Part shown: positions 8,640 through 18,400 of the stretch, piece by piece
Position numbering within the stretch: position 1 is the stretch's first letter
How the letters are laid out: each line of letters begins with the position of its first letter
Assembly: GCA_947485745.1 (NCBI GenBank)
Contig: CANKQY010000002.1
Span: forward strand, 21,018-85,017
Source of the DNA: Bacteroidota bacterium
Lineage (GTDB): Bacteria; Bacteroidota; Bacteroidia; UKL13-3
Reading direction: 5' to 3'
DNA: 64,000 bases
The notes under the pieces: model-generated
What the model was told of the DNA's origin: nothing
What the model saw: only the letters and a program-made list of their open reading frames with translations
The model's database searches: none
Program-made: the position numbers and the translations under genes

Positions 8640-10601
8640 ATGCAACTTTCGGTAGTCATAGTTAATTATAACGTTAAATATTTCCTTGAGCAGGCCCTGC
8701 ATTCAGTTCGCAGAGCCTGTATGGGGCTGCAAGTTGAAGTTTTTGTTGTTGATAACCACTCTTTTGATGGTTCTTGTGAAATGGTTCGCTCCCTTTTTCC
8801 AGAGGTTAAACTTATTGAAAACAAAGACAATGTGGGCTTTGCAAAAGCAAATAACCAGGCCATTCGCCAAGCAAAAGGAAAATATATTTTGCTCCTTAAT
8901 CCAGACACAGTAATTGAAGAAGATTGTTTCAATAAGCTAATTCATTTTATGGATCAAACCCCAGATGCTGGAGGCGTTGGTGTAAAAATGATAGATGGTT
9001 CAGGAAAATTTTTGCCAGAATCAAAGAGAGGATTACCAACCCCTGAGGTTGCGTTTTATAAAATTAGTGGATTGGCAGCACTTTTTCCGAAGTCGAGAAA
9101 ATTTGGCAAATATCATTTGGGCTTTTTAAGTAAAAATGAAATCCATCAGGTTGATGTGCTTGCAGGTGCATTTATGATGATTAGACATGATGTGTTGAAG
9201 CAAGTTGGATTGTTGGATGAAGATTATTTTATGTATGGCGAAGACATAGACCTCAGTTATTGTATTAACAAGGCGGGGTTCAAGAACTATTATTATCCAG
9301 AGACAACCATTATTCACTATAAAGGTGAAAGCACTAAAAAAACCAGTGTAAATTTTGTTTTTACCTTTTATAAGGCCATGGTTATTTTTGCTAATAAGCA
9401 CTACTCTCAGCGTCATGCGCGCAATTTTAGTGCGCTTATTCATGTGGCAATTTATTTACGTGCCTTTGCTGCCTTAATTGTTAGGTTTGCTTCTAAAGTT
9501 TTTGTACCCTTATTAGATTTTATATTAATTTTTAGCAGCTTAACTTTTATAGTTGGTTTTTGGTCGAACCTAAAATATGATACTCCACTAGCTTATCCAA
9601 CCCAAATTGTTTATTCAAATAGTCTTGTATATGCCCTCTTGTGGCTTATTGGATTAGCCTTGGCCGGGTCATACAATAAAAGGAAAACTTTCTTAAGTAT
9701 TGCCAAAGGAATAGCCTTTGGAACCCTCGCCATTGCCGTTTTTTACGCATTTGTTGAAGAAGACTACCGATTTTCTAGAGCAATTATTTTAATTGGTGCA
9801 ATGGCTGCAATTATTGATGCATTTGTCATTAGGTTGGTATTGTATTATGCCAAATACAAACGGTGGAGTTTTGCATTGGGTGGCCAGTTAAAAACCATTA
9901 TAGTTGGCAATAAATCTGAAGTAGAGCGAGTGCAAGATTTACTCATCAAATCAAAATCTAAAAGCGATTATTTGGGTTATGTTTCGCTTGAATCCTATAA
10001 GGATGAAAATTATTTAGGGCAAGTTAGCGAGCTTTCCGAATTGGTAAAATTCTTTGGGGTAGAAGAGATTATCTTTTGCAGCAAAGACCTGGCAGCTAGC
10101 TCCATCATTGAATGGATGGGTAGCAATAGTCAACAAGATATTCTATATAAAATTGTTCCCGAGGAGAGTTTGTTTATTATAGGCAGTAACAACAAAAACA
10201 CTCCAGGGGATTTTTACACAATTGAAATAAATTTAAAATTGGCAAAGGCTTTTGAGCAACAAAAGAAGCGCGTATTCGATATAGCAGCTAGTTTTCTTTT
10301 GATGTTGTTTTCACCAATCTTAATTTTGTTAGTTAGGCAAAGAACAAACTTCTTTCAAAATATTTTTCAAGTATTAGCAGGAACCAAAACATGGGTGGGC
10401 TATGCAAATGCTGATAACATTAAACTATTACCAGTTATAAAGAAGGGTGTGCTTAGTCCGCTAGATGGGCAAAGAGGTAAGGGAATGAATATTGTAACTA
10501 TACAAAAATTGAACTTTTTGTATGCCAAAGATTATTCCATTGAAAAAGATTTTCTAATTGTTTTGAAAGCGATTAGAAGCACTGGCAATCCAAATTCGTA
10601 A
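8640..10601 (+). CDS. family-2 glycosyltransferase fused to a multi-TM region and a degenerate polyprenyl-phosphate phosphoglycosyl-transferase (PGT)-like C-terminal module
   Basis: N-terminus has GT2 motifs (SVVIVNYN..., VVDNHSFDGS, LLLNPDT, YGEDIDLS). About 5 TM helices in the middle. A Rossmann-like segment (KTIIVGNKSEVERVQDLL). The C-terminus has KRVFDIAASFLLMLFSPILILLV, VLAGTKTWVG and LYAKDYSIEKDFLIVLKAI, resembling WbaP/PglC-type sugar transferases. Confidence 0.8.
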   Translation: MQLSVVIVNYNVKYFLEQALHSVRRACMGLQVEVFVVDNHSFDGSCEMVRSLFPEVKLIENKDNVGFAKANNQAIRQAKGKYILLLNPDTVIEEDCFNKLIHFMDQTPDAGGVGVKMIDGSGKFLPESKRGLPTPEVAFYKISGLAALFPKSRKFGKYHLGFLSKNEIHQVDVLAGAFMMIRHDVLKQVGLLDEDYFMYGEDIDLSYCINKAGFKNYYYPETTIIHYKGESTKKTSVNFVFTFYKAMVIFANKHYSQRHARNFSALIHVAIYLRAFAALIVRFASKVFVPLLDFILIFSSLTFIVGFWSNLKYDTPLAYPTQIVYSNSLVYALLWLIGLALAGSYNKRKTFLSIAKGIAFGTLAIAVFYAFVEEDYRFSRAIILIGAMAAIIDAFVIRLVLYYAKYKRWSFALGGQLKTIIVGNKSEVERVQDLLIKSKSKSDYLGYVSLESYKDENYLGQVSELSELVKFFGVEEIIFCSKDLAASSIIEWMGSNSQQDILYKIVPEESLFIIGSNNKNTPGDFYTIEINLKLAKAFEQQKKRVFDIAASFLLMLFSPILILLVRQRTNFFQNIFQVLAGTKTWVGYANADNIKLLPVIKKGVLSPLDGQRGKGMNIVTIQKLNFLYAKDYSIEKDFLIVLKAIRSTGNPNS

Positions 10602-10619
10602 GCAAGTAGAAAATATTTT

Positions 10620-11378
10620 TTATTCAGCCAATGCTAGAAATTTATTGATGCCGATATTTAATAATTCTGGCTCTTCCATCATTCCCATGTGAGCTGATTT
10701 TTCTAAATATGTAATCATAGATTTTTGGCAAATTGCTGCTTGGGCAAACATAGTTGACTCATGTATTAATTGGTCGTTTTTACCAATAGCAAAATATACT
10801 GGAAGTGAGGTGTTACTTAATATTGATTGTCTATCGGGCCTCAGGATCATTGCCTTTGCAGCTTCAATAATCCCTAATTCATCACTTTCTAATCCTTGCT
10901 CAATAGCGCTTTCAATAATATCCTTTTGTGCATTTGCGGTAAACAATCCAGGAATGAAATTCTTTATATAATTTTCTTTTCCATTTTCTTGAATAAAAGA
11001 AATAACTTGTTTTCTTTTATCCTTTCTTTCTTCTGTATCTGCATTGGCTAAACTATGGATTAATCCAAAGCCTTTTAGCTTATTAGGAAATAACTCAGCA
11101 AAGGCTAAAGTAACATATCCACCCATGCTATGTCCAAGTAATATGCAAGATTCAATTTTTTCTTGAACCAAAACTTGGTTAACCATCTGGGCCATCTCTT
11201 CAATGGTTATTTCTGGAACACTGGGTGTTTTGCCAAACCCAGGTAAATCAAGAGTAATCACATTGCAAATGTCCTTAAAAAACAATACCTGCTCGTTGAA
11301 GCAGGTATTGTTTTCGCAGTATCCGTGTACCAGAACCAATGTTTGATTTCCGGATCCTGATAATTTGTAATTCAACAT
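10620..11378 (-). CDS. alpha/beta-fold hydrolase
   Basis: LVLVHGY oxyanion region and the nucleophile elbow GHSMGG. Start lies 1 nt after the stop of the upstream PPIase gene. Confidence 0.8.
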   Translation of the reverse strand: MLNYKLSGSGNQTLVLVHGYCENNTCFNEQVLFFKDICNVITLDLPGFGKTPSVPEITIEEMAQMVNQVLVQEKIESCILLGHSMGGYVTLAFAELFPNKLKGFGLIHSLANADTEERKDKRKQVISFIQENGKENYIKNFIPGLFTANAQKDIIESAIEQGLESDELGIIEAAKAMILRPDRQSILSNTSLPVYFAIGKNDQLIHESTMFAQAAICQKSMITYLEKSAHMGMMEEPELLNIGINKFLALAE

Positions 11379-11379
11379 A

Positions 11380-13500
11380 TTAATAGAATAGGAATCTATT
11401 GTCTTTTACGTTTTTCAACTCTTTTAATATCTCGAAGTAACCATACTCAACTCTTTGCTGTAAGGCACTGCTCAATTCGGTTTTTTGTTGCGAAAAATCT
11501 GTCATAGCAGGTGCAGGTTGAATTTTGCTTACTTGATAAGCATAAACTGCTGCATCTCCTTTAACTGGCCCACTTAGTTTATTAATGGCAGTAGTTCCAG
11601 CAATTGTTCCAGCAAATGAATTGTCGTAACCTACATATGGAATACTACCATTTTCAAAAGTTTGAGCAGCAATTGGTGTTACCGTTTGATTAATTTTTCT
11701 GCTTACAGCATCCAAAGTAGTAGTACCATCCATTGCGGTTTTCAATTGTTCCATTAACTTTTCTGCTTTCATATCCTTGCGGTAATCAGCAGTTACTTTA
11801 TCTCTAGCTGCCTCAAAGTTTGCTTTACCTTTTTCACGAGTTAGCGTTAAAGTAGCAATTACATATTTGTCATTTCCTACAGTCATTACTTCGCTAACAT
11901 CTCCATTTTTAGCATTGAATGCCCAACGCACAGCTTCGCGTGCTTCGCTATAGCCTGGAAGGAAATTGTCGGTTTCACGAACAAATTCTGCAATACGCTT
12001 TACTATTTTTTTATCTTCTACGTTCTTGTTAAAATCTTCAGAATTTCTGCTAGTGGCAGCAAACTGACTGGCATCGCTATAAGCGGCTGAAGAGGTTTTT
12101 TCACTGGCCTCAATTGAGCGCTCAAGTATTCCAGCACAGACTAACTTTTTGGTTTTATCTTCAGTAATTTTAATTACATGCACACCAAACTGTGTTTTCA
12201 AAACAAACTGATCGCCTTTTTTACCACCCTTAACAGCATCATTGAATTCTTTTACCATTTGTCCTTCTGGGAACCACCCCAAATCACCGCCTCTATCTTT
12301 GGTTCCGTCGGTACCAAATTGGCCTGCTAACATGGCAAAATCTTCTCCTTTACGAATACGAGCCAAGACATCGTTTGCCTTTTTAATAGCATTAACTGTA
12401 TCGGCATCGGTGGCACCCTCTGGGCGAATTAAGATATGACTAGCACGCATAGAATATACCGAATCTTCAGAAATACCAGATACCTTATAGATACTGTATT
12501 TTCCACCTTCAAATATTGGTCCTACAACAGTTCCAACCGGCTCAGAAAATAAACGGTTTTGAACCGATTCAGGATATTCACTTCTTTTGCGAGCTGCGGC
12601 AATAAACTTGCTATCACTGTTTACATCAACATAAGCAGTGTCGTTTTCTGAAGCTTGAAATTGAGCAACTTGATCGAAAGCCCATTTTTGAACTATAGCA
12701 CTATCCTCACTTGTTGGCGCAAAATCCCAAACTACAAATTCTAATTTACGAGAGTTTTCACGCTCTTTGTATTTTTCCATGTTCTTTTTGAAATATGATT
12801 TTAAATCACCTTCTTCAGCAACGATGGTTGAATCTGCAATAGTTGAATAGGCCAATGCCACAAAATTTACTTCAGAACTTTGCGTTCTTCCTGTATATAA
12901 ATTTTTAGCTTCAAGTGAAGTTGCGTATAAACCTTTTTTCAATAAGCTAGAGTATTTACGTTGAAGAGATTCTGTTACCAAAAAGTCTTCAAATTCTTTC
13001 CACTGTGCCTTAGCAGCCTCATCAGTGCCTTCAGTCATTTGTTTGAGGTAACGCTTTACGTTGTTTACATCAAATACACCCGTTTTAGGATCTGTAAACG
13101 ATTGCTTAATTTGAGCGTGGATATTGTTACCATAAATAATGTCGGAAAGTTCTTCCTCACCAACTGCTAAACCTAATTGGTCGTATTCTTTTGTAAGCAT
13201 GAAATCATTTAACATTTGATTCCAAGTTTGATCGCGCACTTGACCTTGAGTTGCCTCGTCTAGGTTTTCTTGTTGTGTGCGTTTTTTAAAGTTCTCCAAA
13301 TTATATTGAAGTTTATCGTCAAATTGTTTGATGCCAATTGATTCCCCATCAATTTCACCTACATTATTTTGTTGGCTGCTGCCGCCAAACAATGCTGAGT
13401 TTGAATTTAAAGCGTCAGAAACCACAAATAATCCTAAGGCCAAACCCACTGCACCTATAGCTAATCCTGATCTGTTTCTTATTTTTGTTAATATTGCCAT
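11380..13500 (-). CDS. ppiD: periplasmic chaperone / peptidyl-prolyl isomerase, PpiD-like
   Basis: 706 aa. N-terminal membrane anchor (GLAIGAVGLALGLFVV). Central parvulin domain (ASHILIRPEG...GGDLGWFPEGQMVKEFNDA...FGVHVIKI). Confidence 0.75.
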   Translation of the reverse strand: MAILTKIRNRSGLAIGAVGLALGLFVVSDALNSNSALFGGSSQQNNVGEIDGESIGIKQFDDKLQYNLENFKKRTQQENLDEATQGQVRDQTWNQMLNDFMLTKEYDQLGLAVGEEELSDIIYGNNIHAQIKQSFTDPKTGVFDVNNVKRYLKQMTEGTDEAAKAQWKEFEDFLVTESLQRKYSSLLKKGLYATSLEAKNLYTGRTQSSEVNFVALAYSTIADSTIVAEEGDLKSYFKKNMEKYKERENSRKLEFVVWDFAPTSEDSAIVQKWAFDQVAQFQASENDTAYVDVNSDSKFIAAARKRSEYPESVQNRLFSEPVGTVVGPIFEGGKYSIYKVSGISEDSVYSMRASHILIRPEGATDADTVNAIKKANDVLARIRKGEDFAMLAGQFGTDGTKDRGGDLGWFPEGQMVKEFNDAVKGGKKGDQFVLKTQFGVHVIKITEDKTKKLVCAGILERSIEASEKTSSAAYSDASQFAATSRNSEDFNKNVEDKKIVKRIAEFVRETDNFLPGYSEAREAVRWAFNAKNGDVSEVMTVGNDKYVIATLTLTREKGKANFEAARDKVTADYRKDMKAEKLMEQLKTAMDGTTTLDAVSRKINQTVTPIAAQTFENGSIPYVGYDNSFAGTIAGTTAINKLSGPVKGDAAVYAYQVSKIQPAPAMTDFSQQKTELSSALQQRVEYGYFEILKELKNVKDNRFLFY

Positions 13501-13597
13501 TGTAATACTTTAAGAAGGGCGAAAATAAGGTTGGAAAAGCCAAAAATCAACCTTTATTTTTTTTGTTTTAACTTGCAAATAATCAACACATTAAACT

Positions 13598-14305
13598 ATG
13601 TCAACTACAACTTACGGAAAATTGTACCTCATTCCTAACTTCCTAAGTGAGGATAATTCTGATGATTTTATTGCCGAAATGGTTAGGCGAATGGTTCACC
13701 ATTTGAAACATTTTGTAGTAGAAAATGAAAAACAAGGCAGGGCTTTGATAAAAAGATTGCGTTTGGAAAATAGTCAGCAAGACCTACATATTTGGTTATT
13801 AAATGAACACACACAAGCTCAAGAGGTATCTTTTCTTTTAAAAGCTTTGGAAGGGAATGATGCCGGAATAATTAGTGATGCAGGCTTACCTTGTATTGCA
13901 GATCCCGGCTCTGCTTTGGTGGCTTTGGCACAAACGAAAAACATAGAAGTTGTTCCTTTACCTGGTGGTTCAAGCATGATTATGGCATTGATGGGCAGTG
14001 GCTTTAACGGACAACAATTTGCCTTTTCTGGTTATTTACCTATTGATAAGGCCCCAAAAGTAAAAAGGATAAAAGAGCTAGAGTTGCTTGCTCATAGAGG
14101 CTCTTCGCAAATTTTTATGGAGACACCTTATAGAAATAATCAACTTTTAGAAGAACTCATCACACAATGTAATGCCCAAGCTAAATTGTGTATTGCCTGT
14201 AATATAAGCTCTGAAAAGGGCTGGGTTCGAACCAAAACTTTGGCGCAATGGAAAGCAAATAAACCAGAATTGCATAAAATTCCTTGTGTTTTTGTACTAG
14301 GATAA
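13598..14305 (+). CDS. SAM-dependent methyltransferase, tetrapyrrole-methylase fold (RsmI-like)
   Basis: GKLYLIPNFL N-terminus, ISDAGLPCIADPG and ETPYR motifs typical of the RsmI/YraL-type family. Confidence 0.65.
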   Translation: MSTTTYGKLYLIPNFLSEDNSDDFIAEMVRRMVHHLKHFVVENEKQGRALIKRLRLENSQQDLHIWLLNEHTQAQEVSFLLKALEGNDAGIISDAGLPCIADPGSALVALAQTKNIEVVPLPGGSSMIMALMGSGFNGQQFAFSGYLPIDKAPKVKRIKELELLAHRGSSQIFMETPYRNNQLLEELITQCNAQAKLCIACNISSEKGWVRTKTLAQWKANKPELHKIPCVFVLG

Positions 14306-14346
14306 GCACTAAAATTTTTTTTGTTTGCATAATAATCAGGAATTTA

Positions 14347-14370
14347 TAAATTTGCCTAACAATCGTTAGG
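14347..14370 (+). promoter_or_regulatory. -7 promoter box TAAATTTG abutting a perfect palindrome CCTAAC-aatc-GTTAGG (candidate TetR operator)
   Basis: TAAATTTG at 14347-14354 fits the Bacteroidota TAnnTTTG consensus. The 16-bp dyad at 14355-14370 lies between it and the TetR start codon at 14375. Confidence 0.35.
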
Positions 14371-14374
14371 TAAA

Positions 14375-14986
14375 ATGACGGAATTTCAAACTATCAGCCG
14401 AAAAGAGCAAATAATTGTAACAGCTGCGCAGTTGTTTAAACAAAAGGGCTACGAAGCAAGCTCAATGAGAGATATTGCCCTGGTTCTTAATATGGAGGCG
14501 GCGAGTTTATACCATCATATTAAATCTAAGGAGGAAATTTTGGAGTTGATTTGTTTTACCATGGCACAAAAATTTTTGGCTGCCATTGCCGAGGTGAACG
14601 ATATTTATTTTAATGCTGAAGAAAAGTTGAGAAAAGCAATTTTGCACCATGTTGAAATAATTACAGAAGACATCAACAAAAGTGCTGTTTTTTTAAGAGA
14701 ATGGAGGAGTTTACCAGAAAACTCCTTGAAAGATTTTATGTTTTTGCGAAATCATTACGAAAGTGAGTTTACGCATATTATTGAGAATGGAATGCAAGAG
14801 GATATTTTTGAAAATGTAGATAAAAAATTTGCTGTTTTAAGCATTTTAAGTAGCGTAAATTGGATCAATGAATGGTACCAAGCAGATGGAAAAATGAATG
14901 CAGCGGAAATTGCAAAAAAAATAAGTGATTTTGTAATGGGCGGATTAAGAAAAAAGATGGTTACCGACCCACATTACCGACCATAA
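14375..14986 (+). CDS. TetR/AcrR family transcriptional regulator
   Basis: N-terminal HTH (IIVTAAQLFKQKGYEASSMRDIALVLNMEAASLYHHIKSKEEIL). Positioned directly upstream of paaABC. Confidence 0.85.
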   Translation: MTEFQTISRKEQIIVTAAQLFKQKGYEASSMRDIALVLNMEAASLYHHIKSKEEILELICFTMAQKFLAAIAEVNDIYFNAEEKLRKAILHHVEIITEDINKSAVFLREWRSLPENSLKDFMFLRNHYESEFTHIIENGMQEDIFENVDKKFAVLSILSSVNWINEWYQADGKMNAAEIAKKISDFVMGGLRKKMVTDPHYRP

Positions 14987-15033
14987 CATTTGACTTTAAC
15001 TAAATTAAAATAACAGAAATAATAAATACACAT

Positions 15034-16020
15034 ATGTACGGAAATGCTTACATTGATCCAAACGACAAAGCTACAGCAATGACTGCTGGAGAGGATCCTA
15101 AGAAACTTGAAGAGTTTGAAGCGAGAATTGCTCGTGGTGAAAAAATTGAACCAATGGATTGGATGCCTAAAGAGTACCGCAAGCAACTTGTGCGTATGAT
15201 TGAACAGCATGGCCATAGTGAAATTATTGGTGCTTTGCCAGAAGGAACTTGGATTACCCGCGCACCAGGATTTAGACGCAAATTGGCGTTAATGGCAAAG
15301 GTTCAGGATGAGGTTGGTCATGCACAATTATTATACAGTGCCGCCGAAACATTAGGCAAAAGCAGAGAGGCCATGATCAATGATTTAATCACAGGAAAAT
15401 CTAAATATTCTAATGTGTTTAATTATCCTGCCTATACTTGGGCAGATGCTTGTATCATTGCTTGGCTTATTGATGCAGGTGCAATTATCAATCAAGTGGC
15501 AAATGCAAAAGGTAGTTACGGACCATATTGCCGTGCTTTGGATCGTATTTGTACCGAAGAATCTTTTCATTTAAAATATGGTCATGATAATGTTGTTACT
15601 TTAGCAACGGGAACACCAAAACAGCGTGAAATGGTTCAAGCAGCTTTAACCCGCTGGTGGCCTCCAATTATGCATTTCTTTGGCCCATCTGACAAAATAT
15701 CTAATCACACAGAAATTTTAATGCGTTGGAAAGTAAAAATGGCTACCAATGACGATATGCGGCAGCAATTTTTAAATATGTATGTTCCAAAAATTTGGGA
15801 TTTAGGTTTAACACTTCCCGATGAAAATTTGATAAAAAATGCAGCAGGAAAGTGGGAATATACTGAACCAGATTGGGATGAATTTAAACGTGTAGTAAAT
15901 GGTGGCGGCCCTTGCAACGCAGAGCGTTTGGCAGTTCGCAGAAATGCTGAAGAACGCGGACGCTGGGTGAGGGAAGCATTAAATACTACCGAATCTAAAT
16001 ACATTGTTCCTTTAGCGTAA
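15034..16020 (+). CDS. paaA: 1,2-phenylacetyl-CoA epoxidase, catalytic subunit A
   Basis: 328 aa. Di-iron ferritin-like motifs (MIEQHGHSEIIGA, QDEVGHAQLL, TEESFHLKYG) and the overall PaaA pattern. Confidence 0.9.
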   Translation: MYGNAYIDPNDKATAMTAGEDPKKLEEFEARIARGEKIEPMDWMPKEYRKQLVRMIEQHGHSEIIGALPEGTWITRAPGFRRKLALMAKVQDEVGHAQLLYSAAETLGKSREAMINDLITGKSKYSNVFNYPAYTWADACIIAWLIDAGAIINQVANAKGSYGPYCRALDRICTEESFHLKYGHDNVVTLATGTPKQREMVQAALTRWWPPIMHFFGPSDKISNHTEILMRWKVKMATNDDMRQQFLNMYVPKIWDLGLTLPDENLIKNAAGKWEYTEPDWDEFKRVVNGGGPCNAERLAVRRNAEERGRWVREALNTTESKYIVPLA

Positions 16021-16030
16021 ATTATTTATA

Positions 16031-16396
16031 ATGATTAAATCACTCGACCCACGCATTACTCGCGCGGAAATAAATCTTGAAAACACTATTGAGCCGTTAA
16101 GAGATTTAGATCAATGGGAGACCTATGAAGTTTTTCACCAGAAAAAACGTGGTGACCAACACATGCATGTTGGAATTGTACATGCGCCAAATGCTGAAAT
16201 GGCCTTTATTTTTGCCAAAGAGCAATTTGGTAGAAGGGGTTTAAGTGTAAATATTTGGGTTGTTAAAACTCGCGATGTTTATGTTTCTGATTATGAAGAT
16301 TCTGATATTTATGAAACCGTTCCAGAGAAAAATTATCGCGAAGCAGGTGGTTATAAAGTGATGGATAAAATTAACAAATTCAAAAAGGGATTATAG
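16031..16396 (+). CDS. paaB: 1,2-phenylacetyl-CoA epoxidase, subunit B
   Basis: WETYEVFHQKKRGDQHMHVGIVHAPNAEMAFIFAKEQFGRR...NIWVV is the conserved PaaB core. Confidence 0.85.
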   Translation: MIKSLDPRITRAEINLENTIEPLRDLDQWETYEVFHQKKRGDQHMHVGIVHAPNAEMAFIFAKEQFGRRGLSVNIWVVKTRDVYVSDYEDSDIYETVPEKNYREAGGYKVMDKINKFKKGL

Positions 16397-16450
16397 TACT
16401 TTTTTATCTTTTCAACTTTGGAGTTTCTTAACAGCGTAATTGCAAATTAA

Positions 16451-17215
16451 ATGAATCAAAAAACAACAGAGGCAATCAAAGAATTGCTATATAAAATGGC
16501 AGATGACCTTTTAATAATTGGTCACCGCAACAGCGAATGGACAGGGTTAGGACCTATTTTGGAAGAGGATATCTCATTTAGCAGTATGGCCCAGGACAAA
16601 ATAGGCCAGGCACAGGCATTATATGTTTTATTAAATGATCTTGGTGAGCAAGAACCAGATACCGTTGCCTTTATGCGTAATGCCAATCAGTTTCACAATT
16701 CACAGTTAGTAGAATTGCCAAATGGCGAATACGATTTTAGCTTGGTGCGTCATTTTTTATTCGACCATGCAGATCAACTAAGATTTGAGTCTGTGGCAAA
16801 TTCAAATTATGAGCCATTAGCAAAGGTTGCCCGCAAGGTAAAAGGCGAGTTAAAATACCATGTTTTTCATGCCAATACTTGGTTTGTAAAACTAGGTTCA
16901 GCCAATGAGGAGAGTCATAACCGCATGCAAGCTGCGTTTAATGAAGCTTGGAATTATGCATTAGGTATGTTTGAACCAAGTAAAAATGAATACTTATTAA
17001 TTGCCGAGGGCATCTTTGAGGGTGAAGAAACTTTACAAGAAAAATGGCTAGCAAATATTACTCCTTTTATAATAAAGGCAGGTATTAGCATTCCTAGTTC
17101 CGAAACATGGAATCCTGTATATGGAGGAAGAGTGGGCAAGCACACCAAACATCTTTCTCCTTTGGTGGAAGAAATGAGTGAGGTTTTTAGATACGATCCT
17201 ACAGCCGAGTGGTAA
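16451..17215 (+). CDS. paaC: 1,2-phenylacetyl-CoA epoxidase, subunit C
   Basis: 254 aa. ADDLLIIGHRNSEWTGLGPILEEDISFSSMAQDKIGQAQALY is typical of PaaC (older name PaaI). Follows paaA-paaB. Confidence 0.8.
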   Translation: MNQKTTEAIKELLYKMADDLLIIGHRNSEWTGLGPILEEDISFSSMAQDKIGQAQALYVLLNDLGEQEPDTVAFMRNANQFHNSQLVELPNGEYDFSLVRHFLFDHADQLRFESVANSNYEPLAKVARKVKGELKYHVFHANTWFVKLGSANEESHNRMQAAFNEAWNYALGMFEPSKNEYLLIAEGIFEGEETLQEKWLANITPFIIKAGISIPSSETWNPVYGGRVGKHTKHLSPLVEEMSEVFRYDPTAEW

Positions 17216-17237
17216 TACTTTAATACAAGTTTACTGA

Positions 17238-18176
17238 ATGAAAAACTTTTCAATGGCCATCCATGGTGGCGCGGGAACTATACTGCCTTCATTAATGACC
17301 CCAGAAAAAGAAGCAAAATATCGTATGGGCTTATCTGAGGCATTATCAATTGGTTCAAACATTCTTAAAAACGGTGGAAATAGTTTAGATGCGGTAGAAG
17401 CAGCTGTTATATCTTTAGAAGACTTTCCCTTATTTAATGCTGGTAAGGGCGCAGTTTTCACTAATAAAGGCACGCATGAAATGGATGCTTCTATTATGTA
17501 CGGTTTGAACCTAGAAGCTGGGGCCGTTAGTGGCGTGAGTAACATAAAGAATCCGGTGGCATTAGCACGTTTGATTAAAGAAAAATCTGGACATGTTTTT
17601 TTAGCTGGAAGTGAAGCAGAATCATTTGCTAAAAAGTGTGGATTAACTTTTGAAAATGATGCCTATTTTTTTACTGTTGAAAGATACAATCAATGGCAAG
17701 ATGTAAAGGATAGTGATACCTATCAATTGGATCATACAGATAAAACAGAACAAGGCGAAAAGAAGTTTGGCACTGTTGGGGCTGTTGCAATTGACAAGCA
17801 TGGAAACTTGGCTGCTGCAACAAGCACAGGCGGCATGACAAATAAGCGCTTTGGGCGTATTGGTGATACACCAATCATTGGCGCAGGAACTTATGCCAAT
17901 AATAAAACGTGTGCAATTTCTTGCACTGGCCATGGTGAATATTTCCTACGTGCTGTAGTAGCTTATGATATTTCTTGTTTAATGGAATACAAAGGCATGA
18001 GTTTAAAGGAGGCTTGTGATTTTGTGGTTAAAGATAAATTGGTAAAATTTGGTGGTGAAGGAGGGCTAATTGCTATAGATTATTCTGGCAATATTGAATT
18101 GTCGTTTAACTCAGAGGGTATGTATAGAGCTTGGCAATTTGAAGGCAAAAACCCAGAAGTAGCCATCTATAAGTAG
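17238..18176 (+). CDS. iaaA: isoaspartyl peptidase / L-asparaginase (Ntn hydrolase, plant-type asparaginase family)
   Basis: MAIHGGAGT N-terminus. Autoprocessing/nucleophile motif FGTVGAVAID, then TSTGG and GAGTYA. Confidence 0.85.
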   Translation: MKNFSMAIHGGAGTILPSLMTPEKEAKYRMGLSEALSIGSNILKNGGNSLDAVEAAVISLEDFPLFNAGKGAVFTNKGTHEMDASIMYGLNLEAGAVSGVSNIKNPVALARLIKEKSGHVFLAGSEAESFAKKCGLTFENDAYFFTVERYNQWQDVKDSDTYQLDHTDKTEQGEKKFGTVGAVAIDKHGNLAAATSTGGMTNKRFGRIGDTPIIGAGTYANNKTCAISCTGHGEYFLRAVVAYDISCLMEYKGMSLKEACDFVVKDKLVKFGGEGGLIAIDYSGNIELSFNSEGMYRAWQFEGKNPEVAIYK

Positions 18177-18400
18177 TTATTTGTGGCCCAATTTGAAGTT
18201 TTTTTATGGTTAAAAAGGTCACAATATTTTTTTCTTTAGCTTACAAGTCATAACGAGTTTACGTTTGAACCGAGTGCGACAAATTTGTATCAAATTCATT
18301 TTGAACACTTTATGAGACATGATGTAAAAGGTTGTGCATTGTCTTAACTAATTTTCATTTTATTTTGTGGGTATGAACGGTCCTATTAATTCTTTAAGAA

